A DNA stretch of 64,000 nt, filler included, from Sanchytrium tribonematis (Eukaryota): assembly GCA_018985235.1 (NCBI GenBank). It is 12 parts of 12 records of this genome, joined end to end, with 100 filler letters (N's around TTAATTAATTAA, not from the genome) between each part and the next. Parts side by side here need not be neighbours in the genome. Positions count along the whole stretch, not along the records: positions 1 to 22,759 come from JADGIG010000079.1; 11 more parts are not named here. One strand, written 5' to 3'. The notes under the pieces are model-generated. The model worked only from the letters and a program-made list of their open reading frames with translations, had not been told where the DNA came from and did no database searches. Positions 10,737 through 19,873 of the stretch are shown here, piece by piece; position 1 is the stretch's first letter; each line of letters starts with the position of its first letter. The translations under genes were made by a program, and so were the position numbers.

Positions 10737-11309
10737 TTTTCTCCCTTGTTTTTTCCTAAATTTGAATTCAAAGTGTTTTTAATGTAACTTAATTTCATGC
10801 CGTCAAAATGCAGTCACTCCAATTAAATAACTGACAATTAAGTAAGATATGATATGACATCGAGACTACTATTTACTGATGTATAATCTTTGCTTTGTCC
10901 CTTAAAAATTAGAGTTCAAGAAAATTTACTAAATTTTAAACTGGCTAGTGGTATAAGTCCAATATCAATTTCTTCTGTATCAGTTGGCAGAGAAAACTTG
11001 GAATCGGTTTTAACAGTCGGTTTGAAATTCCGAATTCTTGGTTTCATCAATGATCTTGATTGTCCAAGCTTTTGAGAGATCAACTGATCTAACCAAATGA
11101 GCTAATTATTGAGCACCTTAAAAGTAGCAAATATGTTTTTGATCACATGGCAATATTTCACTTTTAATTATAAAAATTAATGCTAGAAAAGTTGAGGTTA
11201 TTTGACCATGGTCTGTCGTTTGATGATCATATTTCAAAAGCCCTTTATTGATTTAGAGTAATAAATTGTCCAAACATCAGGAAACGGCCAATTATGAGAG
11301 AATTTACTT

Positions 11310-11897
11310 TTACTGAAATAACTTGTGTCTTTCAACCATTTTCGACAGCATATCTACTTCTAAATTGACCTTGTCACCAACTTTTTTCTCAAAAAGTGCG
11401 GTATTTTCGGCAGTATGAGGAATCATCATAATAGAAAAGTTATCCTTTTGGACATTGCAAGCAGTCAAACTAACACCGTCTAAACACACAAAGCCTTTCT
11501 CGATTATGTATTTCGATCTTAATTTGTCAACGCTGAATTGGAACCATATTGAATTTTCCTCTTTAAATTTTTTTAGAATTTCCACTGTACAATCGACATG
11601 GCCTTGAACAAAGTGACCACCCATTCTGCTAGTTGCCATAAGTGCCTTCTCTAGATTGACCTTGCTACCTTTCCCTAGAGATCCTAATGAAGTGCATTTG
11701 AGAGTTTCTGGAGTTGTGTCAACTTTAAATAAATTGCTACTTTTATCTAAATATGTGACAGTCAAACAAGTACCGTTTACTGCAATACTGTCTCCAATAT
11801 TAACGTCAGCTAGATAGCCCGTTTTGACTTCGAATGTGTAAGTATAATTGCTTATCTCATTCACAATACCAAGTACTTCCACAATTCCAGTAAACAT
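11310..11897 (-). CDS. RIB5: Riboflavin synthase (alpha chain)
   Basis: MFTGIVE start, GDSIAVNGTCLTV, VNLEKAL, RMGGHFVQGHVD, KGFVCLDGVSLT, VNLEVD. Confidence 0.96.
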   Translation of the reverse strand: MFTGIVEVLGIVNEISNYTYTFEVKTGYLADVNIGDSIAVNGTCLTVTYLDKSSNLFKVDTTPETLKCTSLGSLGKGSKVNLEKALMATSRMGGHFVQGHVDCTVEILKKFKEENSIWFQFSVDKLRSKYIIEKGFVCLDGVSLTACNVQKDNFSIMMIPHTAENTALFEKKVGDKVNLEVDMLSKMVERHKLFQ

Positions 11898-12051
11898 CAA
11901 GGAGATTTGTATTTATTTTGGCAAATCCAATAAACTATTATGAGACAACGCTAGTATAAGCCTTGTGAAGTTTCATTTAAATTGGGTTGGGGGCGACTTT
12001 CAGTCACTTGTTGAAAGGGTTGAGTTGAAAGGCTTTCCGAATTTTCGAAAC

Positions 12052-15000
12052 ATGGATTTGGCACACGATAGGTGCTTGCTTTTAATTTCCTCAATATGCA
12101 ACCGAAGCAACATAGAGATAGAATTTTTTGAAAATCTATTTAGCTTTCAAAGCCATTCTAATTTAGAGCAAACCTTGTTCAACGTCGGTGCGCTTTTGAC
12201 GAACCAATTCAAGGTTTTTGAAGTTGTCAAGCATCAGCAAATTTGGACAAACTATTCGTTGGAGGAGGTTCTCAGAGAAGCATCTAAAGACCATTTTCAT
12301 AGGCTTGGTGACGTTGCAAGTGCTCACTCCGAGTCTCTATTGGTCCATTCTGTTGGATGTATGCTGCTCTCTACCAATTGTTCTTTACAGGAAGGATATG
12401 AAAATCCTGTATTAATTGCAATTTGTTCTCTTTTCCATGATATTGGTAAAATGGGAACTATTCAAACTACTGGAAATCCGAAAAATCCGGTGGTTGCCTT
12501 CTATTTTCATGCAGAAATGGGAGCGGGTATAATATCATTTTGTTTTTCTGAGAATGAATGGGTTTCATTTGCTCAGTGGCAAGATATGACTTTAGCTATT
12601 AATTTTCATATGTGCACTTATCACTCTCACAATCATGATCTCAAGCATAAACACCAACTCGCAGTCAAGGATCTTTTAGGCGATGAGGTTCGGAAAATCT
12701 TGTACTTTCTATCAATAGGAGACATGTCCTCCAGATTTCCTCGTCAAAATATTTCAAAATGGCTTGAGACTAGGCAATTAATACTCAATGATCACTCAAG
12801 TCATAGCAGTGAATATTTCTCAAAATATAGTGGAAATGGAATTTTGATACAACTTTTGGGTATGTCTGCTTCTGGAAAATCATATGCTAGGTCCAAGATT
12901 ATCGAGCAACTTAACATCTTAGGAATAGATTTCGAAAACATCGTGATTGTTGAAAGAGATAATTATGTATGTAAAATTGCAGCTGCATTTGCGGGAATAT
13001 CTTTTGATGATCAAGGCAAGACACCTTCTGGAAATCTATATAGAGAACTACATGAAATTTATAAAACCAATAAGCTTGGAGATCAAGTCAACAAGCGGAT
13101 GAAAAATGATATTCAGATCGGACTTATGGAGAACAAGATTGTAATACTTGACACTGTTGCTGTGTTGTTTGAGGCTGCTAAATTTATAATCCCGGACAGT
13201 GCTTCTATTGCTCTTAGAATTAATATTTTTGTTATCAGAGACCAATTTATGACTGAACCAGACGCACAACGATTGGGACTTTCATTGAAAGACCAAGTCT
13301 CGATTCACGGTGACAGATCGTTGCTTTTTTGGCTTCCTAGCGATTTCAAAAAAAGATACTCAAAAGGCTTACTCAGGCGAAGACAAATGGCAGGAAATTT
13401 TTATGGATCAAGTGGAGTTTCTAAGGCATTGATATCATCCGATTCCCCGATTTTAAATTTTGTAATTAAGTGGGGTTTTGAATTCAATTTACTTCCGTTT
13501 TACAAAGTCATTAAAATGGTTTATTTTTCAACGAAAAAAGTTGAAAATATATTTGATTTTGAACAAGATCTTACAGAATTGATTAACAAAGTTGAGAAAA
13601 GTTTCGGATTCGAATTTTTAAAGGAATTTTTTAATGGGCTCAATTTCTTGTTTCTGCAACCATTTAAGTCAAAAAGTATGGAGAAAGATGTTGTTATAAT
13701 TAAATACAAAGACAATTGCATGTTCTGGAAAGCGAAATGGGCTAGACAAGCAAGAGGAGCAGCCTTTGTAAGAATTTCCAATAGTTGGTTCTGCATCAAA
13801 TCATTATTACAACGTGGAGCTGAGGTTCTGACAGGAATACATGTCAAGGATGGGCTCACAGATAGTCAAGATTACCATTTAGGAAAATGTTCACATTTTG
13901 ACACAAATCAACAAGACACAATACTGAGATTTTTGAATGGCAGCGAAATTGACGGGTTATTGTCTAGTAAAGTAGATGGTAGTCTTCTCGGAATTTCAAT
14001 CATTCCCAAAACGCACAAGGCCTACGAATTTGCCAAAAAGTTATACAAATCTTTCCAGATTGCGTCCCACAATCATGTTTTAAATTTTGCAGAAAAATAT
14101 TTAGACTTTATTCCTTTGTTCTACTCTCAGGGAACTATCATGTTTGGGGAATTTATGGAAGACTGGTATTTCTGTGCTTTTTTGGTTGGTGTTTGTAGAG
14201 TTAGTCCCTTATATCTTGAAGAGTGCTTTTCGAAACAATATTCTATCGAAAAGTTAGTTCTCGAAAATATTGAGAAAATTTGTTTGTCACTGAAAGAATT
14301 TGTGAGTTTAAATCAAGAGAAAATTAAGGAAGATATTTGCTGTCTTTCTTTTGAATCCGTTTGTCCAATGAGAAAATCCATTTGGGGCCCTTCTCATACA
14401 GAACTAGCTTTGAGCTATGATGAGTACCACTGTAAATTCTTAGGTTGTACCTTTGGTGTTGGAGCAACATGTGGACAATTTGAACCTCATTTGGAAGTTA
14501 CTTTACCTGCTAAGTGGTCACAACCAACAATTTGGCAAATTAAAGAAGCTTCGCAAGTATCAAGTATGATAAAAGACGTCGAGTTGGTAATACATGAAGA
14601 TATGTCCATCAATTCATTTTTTGAAAAATATCCTCCAATTCATTCTGATGACCAAATTCTAGACTTTGAAGGATTTGTGTTTTTTAGAAAACATTCTGAT
14701 CATTACGATTATTCGAAAATTAAAACATTGGTATACTACAATGCACACAAGCCTAAAAAATCCACTATTGAATCATTAATGAAAATAAGTTCTAAAATGG
14801 CAAAATTTATTCCAAGTGTCTTGATTTTAAAGCAATATTTTGAAAATGTTGACAAATCTTTAATTGCGTTTAACAATGATATTTATGAATTACTGGTTAA
14901 AAATAATGAGATGTTGATCAAGGAAATGAAACCCAAAGCCCAGGAATCGTATTACCGCCAAAACAAAGACACACAGATTAAAATGTTGATGAATAATTGC

Positions 15001-15222
15001 GCATTGTTTTTGGTAAAGCTTAAAGAAATATTTTGTATGCATTTTGAGAACTCTGAATTTGTAGATCCTTTGTTTTTAAAAACATTGTGTATGAAATTGT
15101 GTGTGTGGGAAGAAGACTCTCAAACAGTTAGTCGCTTAGTTCAAGAACAAAATCAAATAATTTTCGACCTTTGGATTACTATTTTAGATTCATTGGGCAA
15201 ACAACCAAATAATGCCTCTTAA
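12052..15222 (+). CDS. Trifunctional RNA repair protein: HD phosphoesterase + P-loop polynucleotide kinase + Rnl1-type RNA ligase
   Basis: HD: HSESLLVH, HDIGK (12436-12450), FHAEMGA, FHM, GDMSSR. Kinase: GMSASGKS (12859-12882), VERDNY, VILDT. Ligase: QARG, KVDGS (13969), FESVCP (E at 14353), EGFV (14668), KIKTLVYYNAH (14716). First ATG 12052; frame open from 11965. Confidence 0.85.
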   Translation: MDLAHDRCLLLISSICNRSNIEIEFFENLFSFQSHSNLEQTLFNVGALLTNQFKVFEVVKHQQIWTNYSLEEVLREASKDHFHRLGDVASAHSESLLVHSVGCMLLSTNCSLQEGYENPVLIAICSLFHDIGKMGTIQTTGNPKNPVVAFYFHAEMGAGIISFCFSENEWVSFAQWQDMTLAINFHMCTYHSHNHDLKHKHQLAVKDLLGDEVRKILYFLSIGDMSSRFPRQNISKWLETRQLILNDHSSHSSEYFSKYSGNGILIQLLGMSASGKSYARSKIIEQLNILGIDFENIVIVERDNYVCKIAAAFAGISFDDQGKTPSGNLYRELHEIYKTNKLGDQVNKRMKNDIQIGLMENKIVILDTVAVLFEAAKFIIPDSASIALRINIFVIRDQFMTEPDAQRLGLSLKDQVSIHGDRSLLFWLPSDFKKRYSKGLLRRRQMAGNFYGSSGVSKALISSDSPILNFVIKWGFEFNLLPFYKVIKMVYFSTKKVENIFDFEQDLTELINKVEKSFGFEFLKEFFNGLNFLFLQPFKSKSMEKDVVIIKYKDNCMFWKAKWARQARGAAFVRISNSWFCIKSLLQRGAEVLTGIHVKDGLTDSQDYHLGKCSHFDTNQQDTILRFLNGSEIDGLLSSKVDGSLLGISIIPKTHKAYEFAKKLYKSFQIASHNHVLNFAEKYLDFIPLFYSQGTIMFGEFMEDWYFCAFLVGVCRVSPLYLEECFSKQYSIEKLVLENIEKICLSLKEFVSLNQEKIKEDICCLSFESVCPMRKSIWGPSHTELALSYDEYHCKFLGCTFGVGATCGQFEPHLEVTLPAKWSQPTIWQIKEASQVSSMIKDVELVIHEDMSINSFFEKYPPIHSDDQILDFEGFVFFRKHSDHYDYSKIKTLVYYNAHKPKKSTIESLMKISSKMAKFIPSVLILKQYFENVDKSLIAFNNDIYELLVKNNEMLIKEMKPKAQESYYRQNKDTQIKMLMNNCALFLVKLKEIFCMHFENSEFVDPLFLKTLCMKLCVWEEDSQTVSRLVQEQNQIIFDLWITILDSLGKQPNNAS

Positions 15223-15327
15223 ACTGGTATTTAATCTCAATTAATCCCTAAACGTTGATTTACCGAACCTCAATAAATCAATATACGTATACACACAATA
15301 GAACCACTTGAACTCCTTCAAACTTTT

Positions 15328-15837
15328 ATGACTAGATCAAATTTAGTACCTGATTACGTAAAAGCAGATTTTTATGAAAAATCTCTTGGGATTGGATATT
15401 TGACTTCAAAAATTCACAAAAAGGCAATAACAGGACTCAATGATGACGATAATGTTATATTAGTTCATCAAACAATTATTGTATCTTATTTCTATGCGGG
15501 ATCTTTGGTTCTTGATATGTCCAAAATTATTGCTTCACTAGAGGACTTATTGCTCAATGACGACTCCGGATTTCTTGGCTATTCCATTAATTTTAAACCA
15601 TTACAAAGTGCTTACGAGTCTATTACATTCTGGAATTCTGTGGATTCTATACGTTCGTTTTTTACAGGCGGCATTCATTTAAAAATTATGGAAAAATGGA
15701 AAGATTCGCTGATCGTTGGCCAGAATATACTTACTGCAAGGTTCGAGATATCCAGCAAAGACATACCCGAGGATTCAAATTCTTCAACTATTGAATTTTG
15801 GACCAAAGTTAAAAATAGAGACTTTAAAGTACTATAA
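15328..15837 (+). CDS. DUF3291 / antibiotic-biosynthesis-monooxygenase-like dimeric alpha+beta barrel protein
   Basis: SGFLGY...SITFWNSVDSIRSFFTGGIHLKIMEKW resembles the W-x-S-x-x-x-L-x-x-F...H-x-x-x-M signature. Confidence 0.55.
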   Translation: MTRSNLVPDYVKADFYEKSLGIGYLTSKIHKKAITGLNDDDNVILVHQTIIVSYFYAGSLVLDMSKIIASLEDLLLNDDSGFLGYSINFKPLQSAYESITFWNSVDSIRSFFTGGIHLKIMEKWKDSLIVGQNILTARFEISSKDIPEDSNSSTIEFWTKVKNRDFKVL

Positions 15838-15839
15838 AT

Positions 15840-16355
15840 TTATTTTTGATTCTGAATATGATTGTACAATTTATCAATCCATGTTATATACATTTGATCC
15901 AACTTTTCCAAGCATCTTTTTATTGCTTCTTGCTGCAAGTCACATTGCTGATCTGGAATTTTCGAATTCTCTTCTTCCAAAAATTTAATCTCCAAATTAA
16001 TCTTTTCTAGCTCTTCGATCATATACCGCAATTCAGCTGCATCTTTCTTAGCACTTGATTGGGGGGTAAGTTTTTTTCTTAAAGCAGCGATCCGTTGTTC
16101 ATTGGCCATTCTTTCTTTTCCAATTTCAATGGCGGTCTCCTCGAGATTTGTAATTAAAGGAAATTCAATATGTTTAAACATCATATCTGCTAAATGTTGT
16201 AATGACAAATGTAAAATTTGCGGGATGTTTGAATGAATATTTCCAGTTACTTTCTGAAGAGTCTCCATCTGATTAGCGAGAATGTGAAGGGTTTGTCGAA
16301 CATCTCTGATTGACTTAACCACGTCGGAAAATTGTACAATGGAAATTGATGTCAT
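15840..16355 (-). CDS. Hypothetical helical/coiled-coil protein
   Basis: Heptad-rich ORF, ATG at 16355. Confidence 0.5.
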   Translation of the reverse strand: MTSISIVQFSDVVKSIRDVRQTLHILANQMETLQKVTGNIHSNIPQILHLSLQHLADMMFKHIEFPLITNLEETAIEIGKERMANEQRIAALRKKLTPQSSAKKDAAELRYMIEELEKINLEIKFLEEENSKIPDQQCDLQQEAIKRCLEKLDQMYITWIDKLYNHIQNQK

Positions 16356-16375
16356 TTTAAGGGGCAGTATCACAA

Positions 16376-18949
16376 TCACAATTTTGTATTTATTTCTTGT
16401 AATTCAAAAATATTCATATGTTGATAGATTCTGTTTCGTTTTACCTCTGGAATCTTAACAATAGGCTTCGATGATATTTGAACTTCAAATAGTGGGTTGA
16501 TCTGGTAATCAAGCAACTCTTGGTGTATTTTAACTTGGCTTATTAATCGGCGACGATATACGAAGAGTTTCCATTTTTTCGCATATTTTCTACTGAGCCT
16601 ATTTTTACGGTATTCCTTTAATACATCAGAATCCGAATTTATGTTGATCATTAAATTCTTCCAACTCTCCAAATCAATGTTAGAATTATTATTTTCTTGC
16701 CCAATATCGTTTGGTACAGTAATTACATTGGATAGATCCCAAATGTTTTTGCCGAACATTCCAATTAATTCCATTTCAGTGGTCCAAAGTTTAACTTTCC
16801 CTTCCAAACAAGCTGTTATGTAAAAACCATTGTGATTACATATCGAGGTAATTGCAGAGTTATGAAGTTTGTAGCATTTTAAAACTGTCATGTTTGACTT
16901 TTCCACCTTAAATCCTCTCCCAAGAGAAGTACAAAGAATAAGAATGTGGTAAGAATCTGTAATATGTGTAATAAATTCTCGCTTTCTGAGATTTACCTTG
17001 GAATCTTCAATCAATTCCATGTTAATTTTGAATAAACAAATAGAGCCATCCGCATGAGCAGTCACTATGTTAGATATTCCGTTATAAAAACTTAAAATTC
17101 CAGTTGAAATAGGTGACGATTTCTTAAATTTTACAGGCTTGACACTTTTTTCCCGTATATCTATAATATACATACATTGCGAGTGTGTTGCTATGTAGAC
17201 AAAATTGTCTAGCATGAAGCTAAAAGAAATTTCTTCATTTGGTGCAAATTTAATCTGCTCAAATTGATCTGTTTCTTCTTCATCTGGATCATCGGGAAAA
17301 ATGAAAAGATTACCTGTTTTTCCAGTACATGCGACATAATGCGGTTCTGTTGAAAAATAATAAAGATTCATTACCTCAAATGTTCCGGGCAAAGTACAAG
17401 TTTTTAAAAGTTGACCATTGTTAAAATTCCAAATTTTAACTAAGCCATCTGTACTTGCAGTGATGAGTCTACGTCCACTTATATCAAAAATGAAGTGCCT
17501 TACTTCTTCCGAATGAACGTCACAAAATTTGAATATTTCATGACCAGTGTCAAAATCAAAGACTCTGACATCTTCACTGCAAGATACCACTTGGTGAAAA
17601 TTTGGGTTGTATTTGACTGAACAGAACCCTTTATGTGTACTGTCTTGAGAAATTCCATTTTGACTAGTATTGAAAAGTCTCAGATCTCGACCACCAATGA
17701 GAAAGTTTCCCTGACAAAATATAGCCGAGTTCCGCAATTGATTTGAACTGAAATCCAAATTGTCATATTGAATATACTGAATGGTCTGGCCATCATATAA
17801 TGACCATATTCGAAATTCATAATCAGCAGAAAGCGAATAACAATATGGTGCGGAAGGGTGGATTTTGAACAGAACAATTTCGGCTTTGTGTCCAGATAAA
17901 CAGGCGATTGAATTTTTCCAGATAAAGGTATTAAATAAATATATATTATTATCTCTGCATGCAATTCCTAATACATTAAACAATGCAGAAAAGTCCATAC
18001 ACAAGGCGTTGTGTTGTAAATTTAACTGAACAGTCTCGACATTTGACTCTGTACTTAAAAGTTGAGCGGTGTAAGGTGAGGTCGGAACAAGATCCAAAAC
18101 AATAAGTCGTTTAATTGTGGGTAAATAATCAATTGTATGTATCCAGGCTGACCCAGAATACTCAAGTGTAATGTGAAATACACTTTCTTTTTTGCTTTCT
18201 ATACTCGCAAAAGAATTCTTGTAGAATCCCTGTTCTTTTAATATGTTGGAAAATTTAGATAGTTTAGTCTGAAATTTCCAAATTCTACCAATGCAGGTTC
18301 CTACATATATCACAAATGTATCTTCTTCGATATAAGAGGTTAAAGATGTAGGCGAGGTGGGAAAATCAGATACATGGCAAAGATGTGTAAGTTTTGTAGC
18401 ATTTAAATTCGCAATATGAAGGGAGCGACCGTCAGTAATATAAATGACGTAATTGGGATCAGGAATGCTGGCTGAAGTTACCCATGAAGACGGTAGTTCT
18501 TTTGGGAGGTGAACATTACTTTTTATAGAATAATTTACAGAATCATAAATAATAAAGTTACCATCAAAGGCCATTATACCAATTAGGTTTTTTGAATATT
18601 GCTTCAAGTAAACAATTTGACTTGTCAGTTTTGATCTTTCTATTAGAATTTCCAAATGGCCTTCATGGTCCTGTTTTTGAGAACTACTAGCCAGAATAAA
18701 GCTAGAAAATTCCTCGAAAACGACTGTCCCATCACTGTTAGCATCTATTTTCATGAATAAACTAGTAAGCTGGTCATCATTCAGTTGCCCTTCGAGTACT
18801 TGGCCAAATACTTCTTTGAATTTCTCCAGGGGAAAACCCTCCGAACCATCTTCATTTCTATAGGCCTTGAATATCTTTGTAAGCTTCTCAAAATGTTGCA
18901 CATTTAAAATTTTCCTAACATCGAAGACTTTTTTAGGCGTATCAGACAT
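16376..18949 (-). CDS. EF-hand + WD40 repeat protein (WDR49/EFCAB8-like, probably cilia-associated)
   Basis: LFMKIDANSDGTVVFEEFSSF EF-hand; WD repeats (LSGHKAEI, RRLITASTDGLVKIWNFNNGQ, LHNSAITS...VKLW). Confidence 0.8.
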   Translation of the reverse strand: MSDTPKKVFDVRKILNVQHFEKLTKIFKAYRNEDGSEGFPLEKFKEVFGQVLEGQLNDDQLTSLFMKIDANSDGTVVFEEFSSFILASSSQKQDHEGHLEILIERSKLTSQIVYLKQYSKNLIGIMAFDGNFIIYDSVNYSIKSNVHLPKELPSSWVTSASIPDPNYVIYITDGRSLHIANLNATKLTHLCHVSDFPTSPTSLTSYIEEDTFVIYVGTCIGRIWKFQTKLSKFSNILKEQGFYKNSFASIESKKESVFHITLEYSGSAWIHTIDYLPTIKRLIVLDLVPTSPYTAQLLSTESNVETVQLNLQHNALCMDFSALFNVLGIACRDNNIYLFNTFIWKNSIACLSGHKAEIVLFKIHPSAPYCYSLSADYEFRIWSLYDGQTIQYIQYDNLDFSSNQLRNSAIFCQGNFLIGGRDLRLFNTSQNGISQDSTHKGFCSVKYNPNFHQVVSCSEDVRVFDFDTGHEIFKFCDVHSEEVRHFIFDISGRRLITASTDGLVKIWNFNNGQLLKTCTLPGTFEVMNLYYFSTEPHYVACTGKTGNLFIFPDDPDEEETDQFEQIKFAPNEEISFSFMLDNFVYIATHSQCMYIIDIREKSVKPVKFKKSSPISTGILSFYNGISNIVTAHADGSICLFKINMELIEDSKVNLRKREFITHITDSYHILILCTSLGRGFKVEKSNMTVLKCYKLHNSAITSICNHNGFYITACLEGKVKLWTTEMELIGMFGKNIWDLSNVITVPNDIGQENNNSNIDLESWKNLMININSDSDVLKEYRKNRLSRKYAKKWKLFVYRRRLISQVKIHQELLDYQINPLFEVQISSKPIVKIPEVKRNRIYQHMNIFELQEINTKL

Positions 18950-18983
18950 GGCCTTTCGCAAGTAAATTTAATAATATTTAAAT

Positions 18984-19724
18984 TTATTGTGATAGCTGAA
19001 CAGGTTTATAGTAAATGGATGTCACATACTTGGTTCGATATCTAGATGTAGTTGCAACTGCCATAGTACCATCTTTTATGGAGCAAGCAAATAAATGGTT
19101 CAAAGTGGCATGACTTGGTACTTGAAGAACGTGAGGCTCTTTTCCCTCCTTAGTCGATGTATTCAAAATCACTTTGGTTAAAAATGCAGGAACTTGTGGT
19201 GGTACTTGTCTTGATATCAATGAGTATTGCTGTCCAGGGCTTTCTAGACCAGGTTCCGCTATTAAAGAGGGGTTTTCTAGTACTCTTAAATAAGGAGGTA
19301 TTTCATTACTATAATTTCCAACAGGCGAATCAGGTCTTTCTGTATATTCATTATTTTGTTTCTTTTCTTTTACATGCGCGGGAAACAAGTTAATTTCGTC
19401 CATCTCTTGAACAGTAATAAAATTAACTAAATTCCCTTGATCGTCTTTTGTAGTAGGTAATTGCTGGCTACATCTCCATTCATTGTCGACAACAAATTTT
19501 AGCATGTAAGTTCCCGGCTTCAAAGGCACCGAAGCTTGAAATTCTTTAGTGATATCTTTACTTGATCTAACCATTGTTAACTTTTCCCAGCCATTAAAAC
19601 TACCACAAACAGCCACATCATTTCCTCCTTCGCCCCATGTTATTAGTACCATTGTATTGTCTTTGGGCGTAGGTTGAAAGAGTGGCGAAGGAAGCGATTT
19701 CTCATTACTTGGAATATTTCCCAT
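18984..19724 (-). CDS. SNF1/AMPK beta subunit (Gal83/Sip2-like)
   Basis: MGN myristoylation start, carbohydrate-binding module (WGEGGNDVAVCGSFNGW, KFVVDNEW), ASC domain (PPQVPAFL, VPSHATLNHL, RYRTKYVT). Confidence 0.93.
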   Translation of the reverse strand: MGNIPSNEKSLPSPLFQPTPKDNTMVLITWGEGGNDVAVCGSFNGWEKLTMVRSSKDITKEFQASVPLKPGTYMLKFVVDNEWRCSQQLPTTKDDQGNLVNFITVQEMDEINLFPAHVKEKKQNNEYTERPDSPVGNYSNEIPPYLRVLENPSLIAEPGLESPGQQYSLISRQVPPQVPAFLTKVILNTSTKEGKEPHVLQVPSHATLNHLFACSIKDGTMAVATTSRYRTKYVTSIYYKPVQLSQ

Positions 19725-19873
19725 TCGTAAAACAAGGGATTTTCGAATCCAAATCCATTTTTAGATATTTCAATTTAATCGAAGAAAAAACAAACTATTG
19801 ATTACAATCGCTCTCCATATAAATAAATTTATTTTTCAATATAAGTACAATTTCTCCTCGATTTCACTTTGAG

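Noticed and set aside
10800..11290. Possible small gene between NMD3 and RIB5
   Set aside because: Coding-like - strand stretch is broken by stops with no consensus mini-intron and no recognisable homology
11940..11970. Upstream ATG (11940) spliced onto the RNA repair ORF via GTATAAGCCTTGTGAAG
   Set aside because: The 17-nt segment gives the wrong phase and lacks the branch consensus; ATG 12052 is the more likely start
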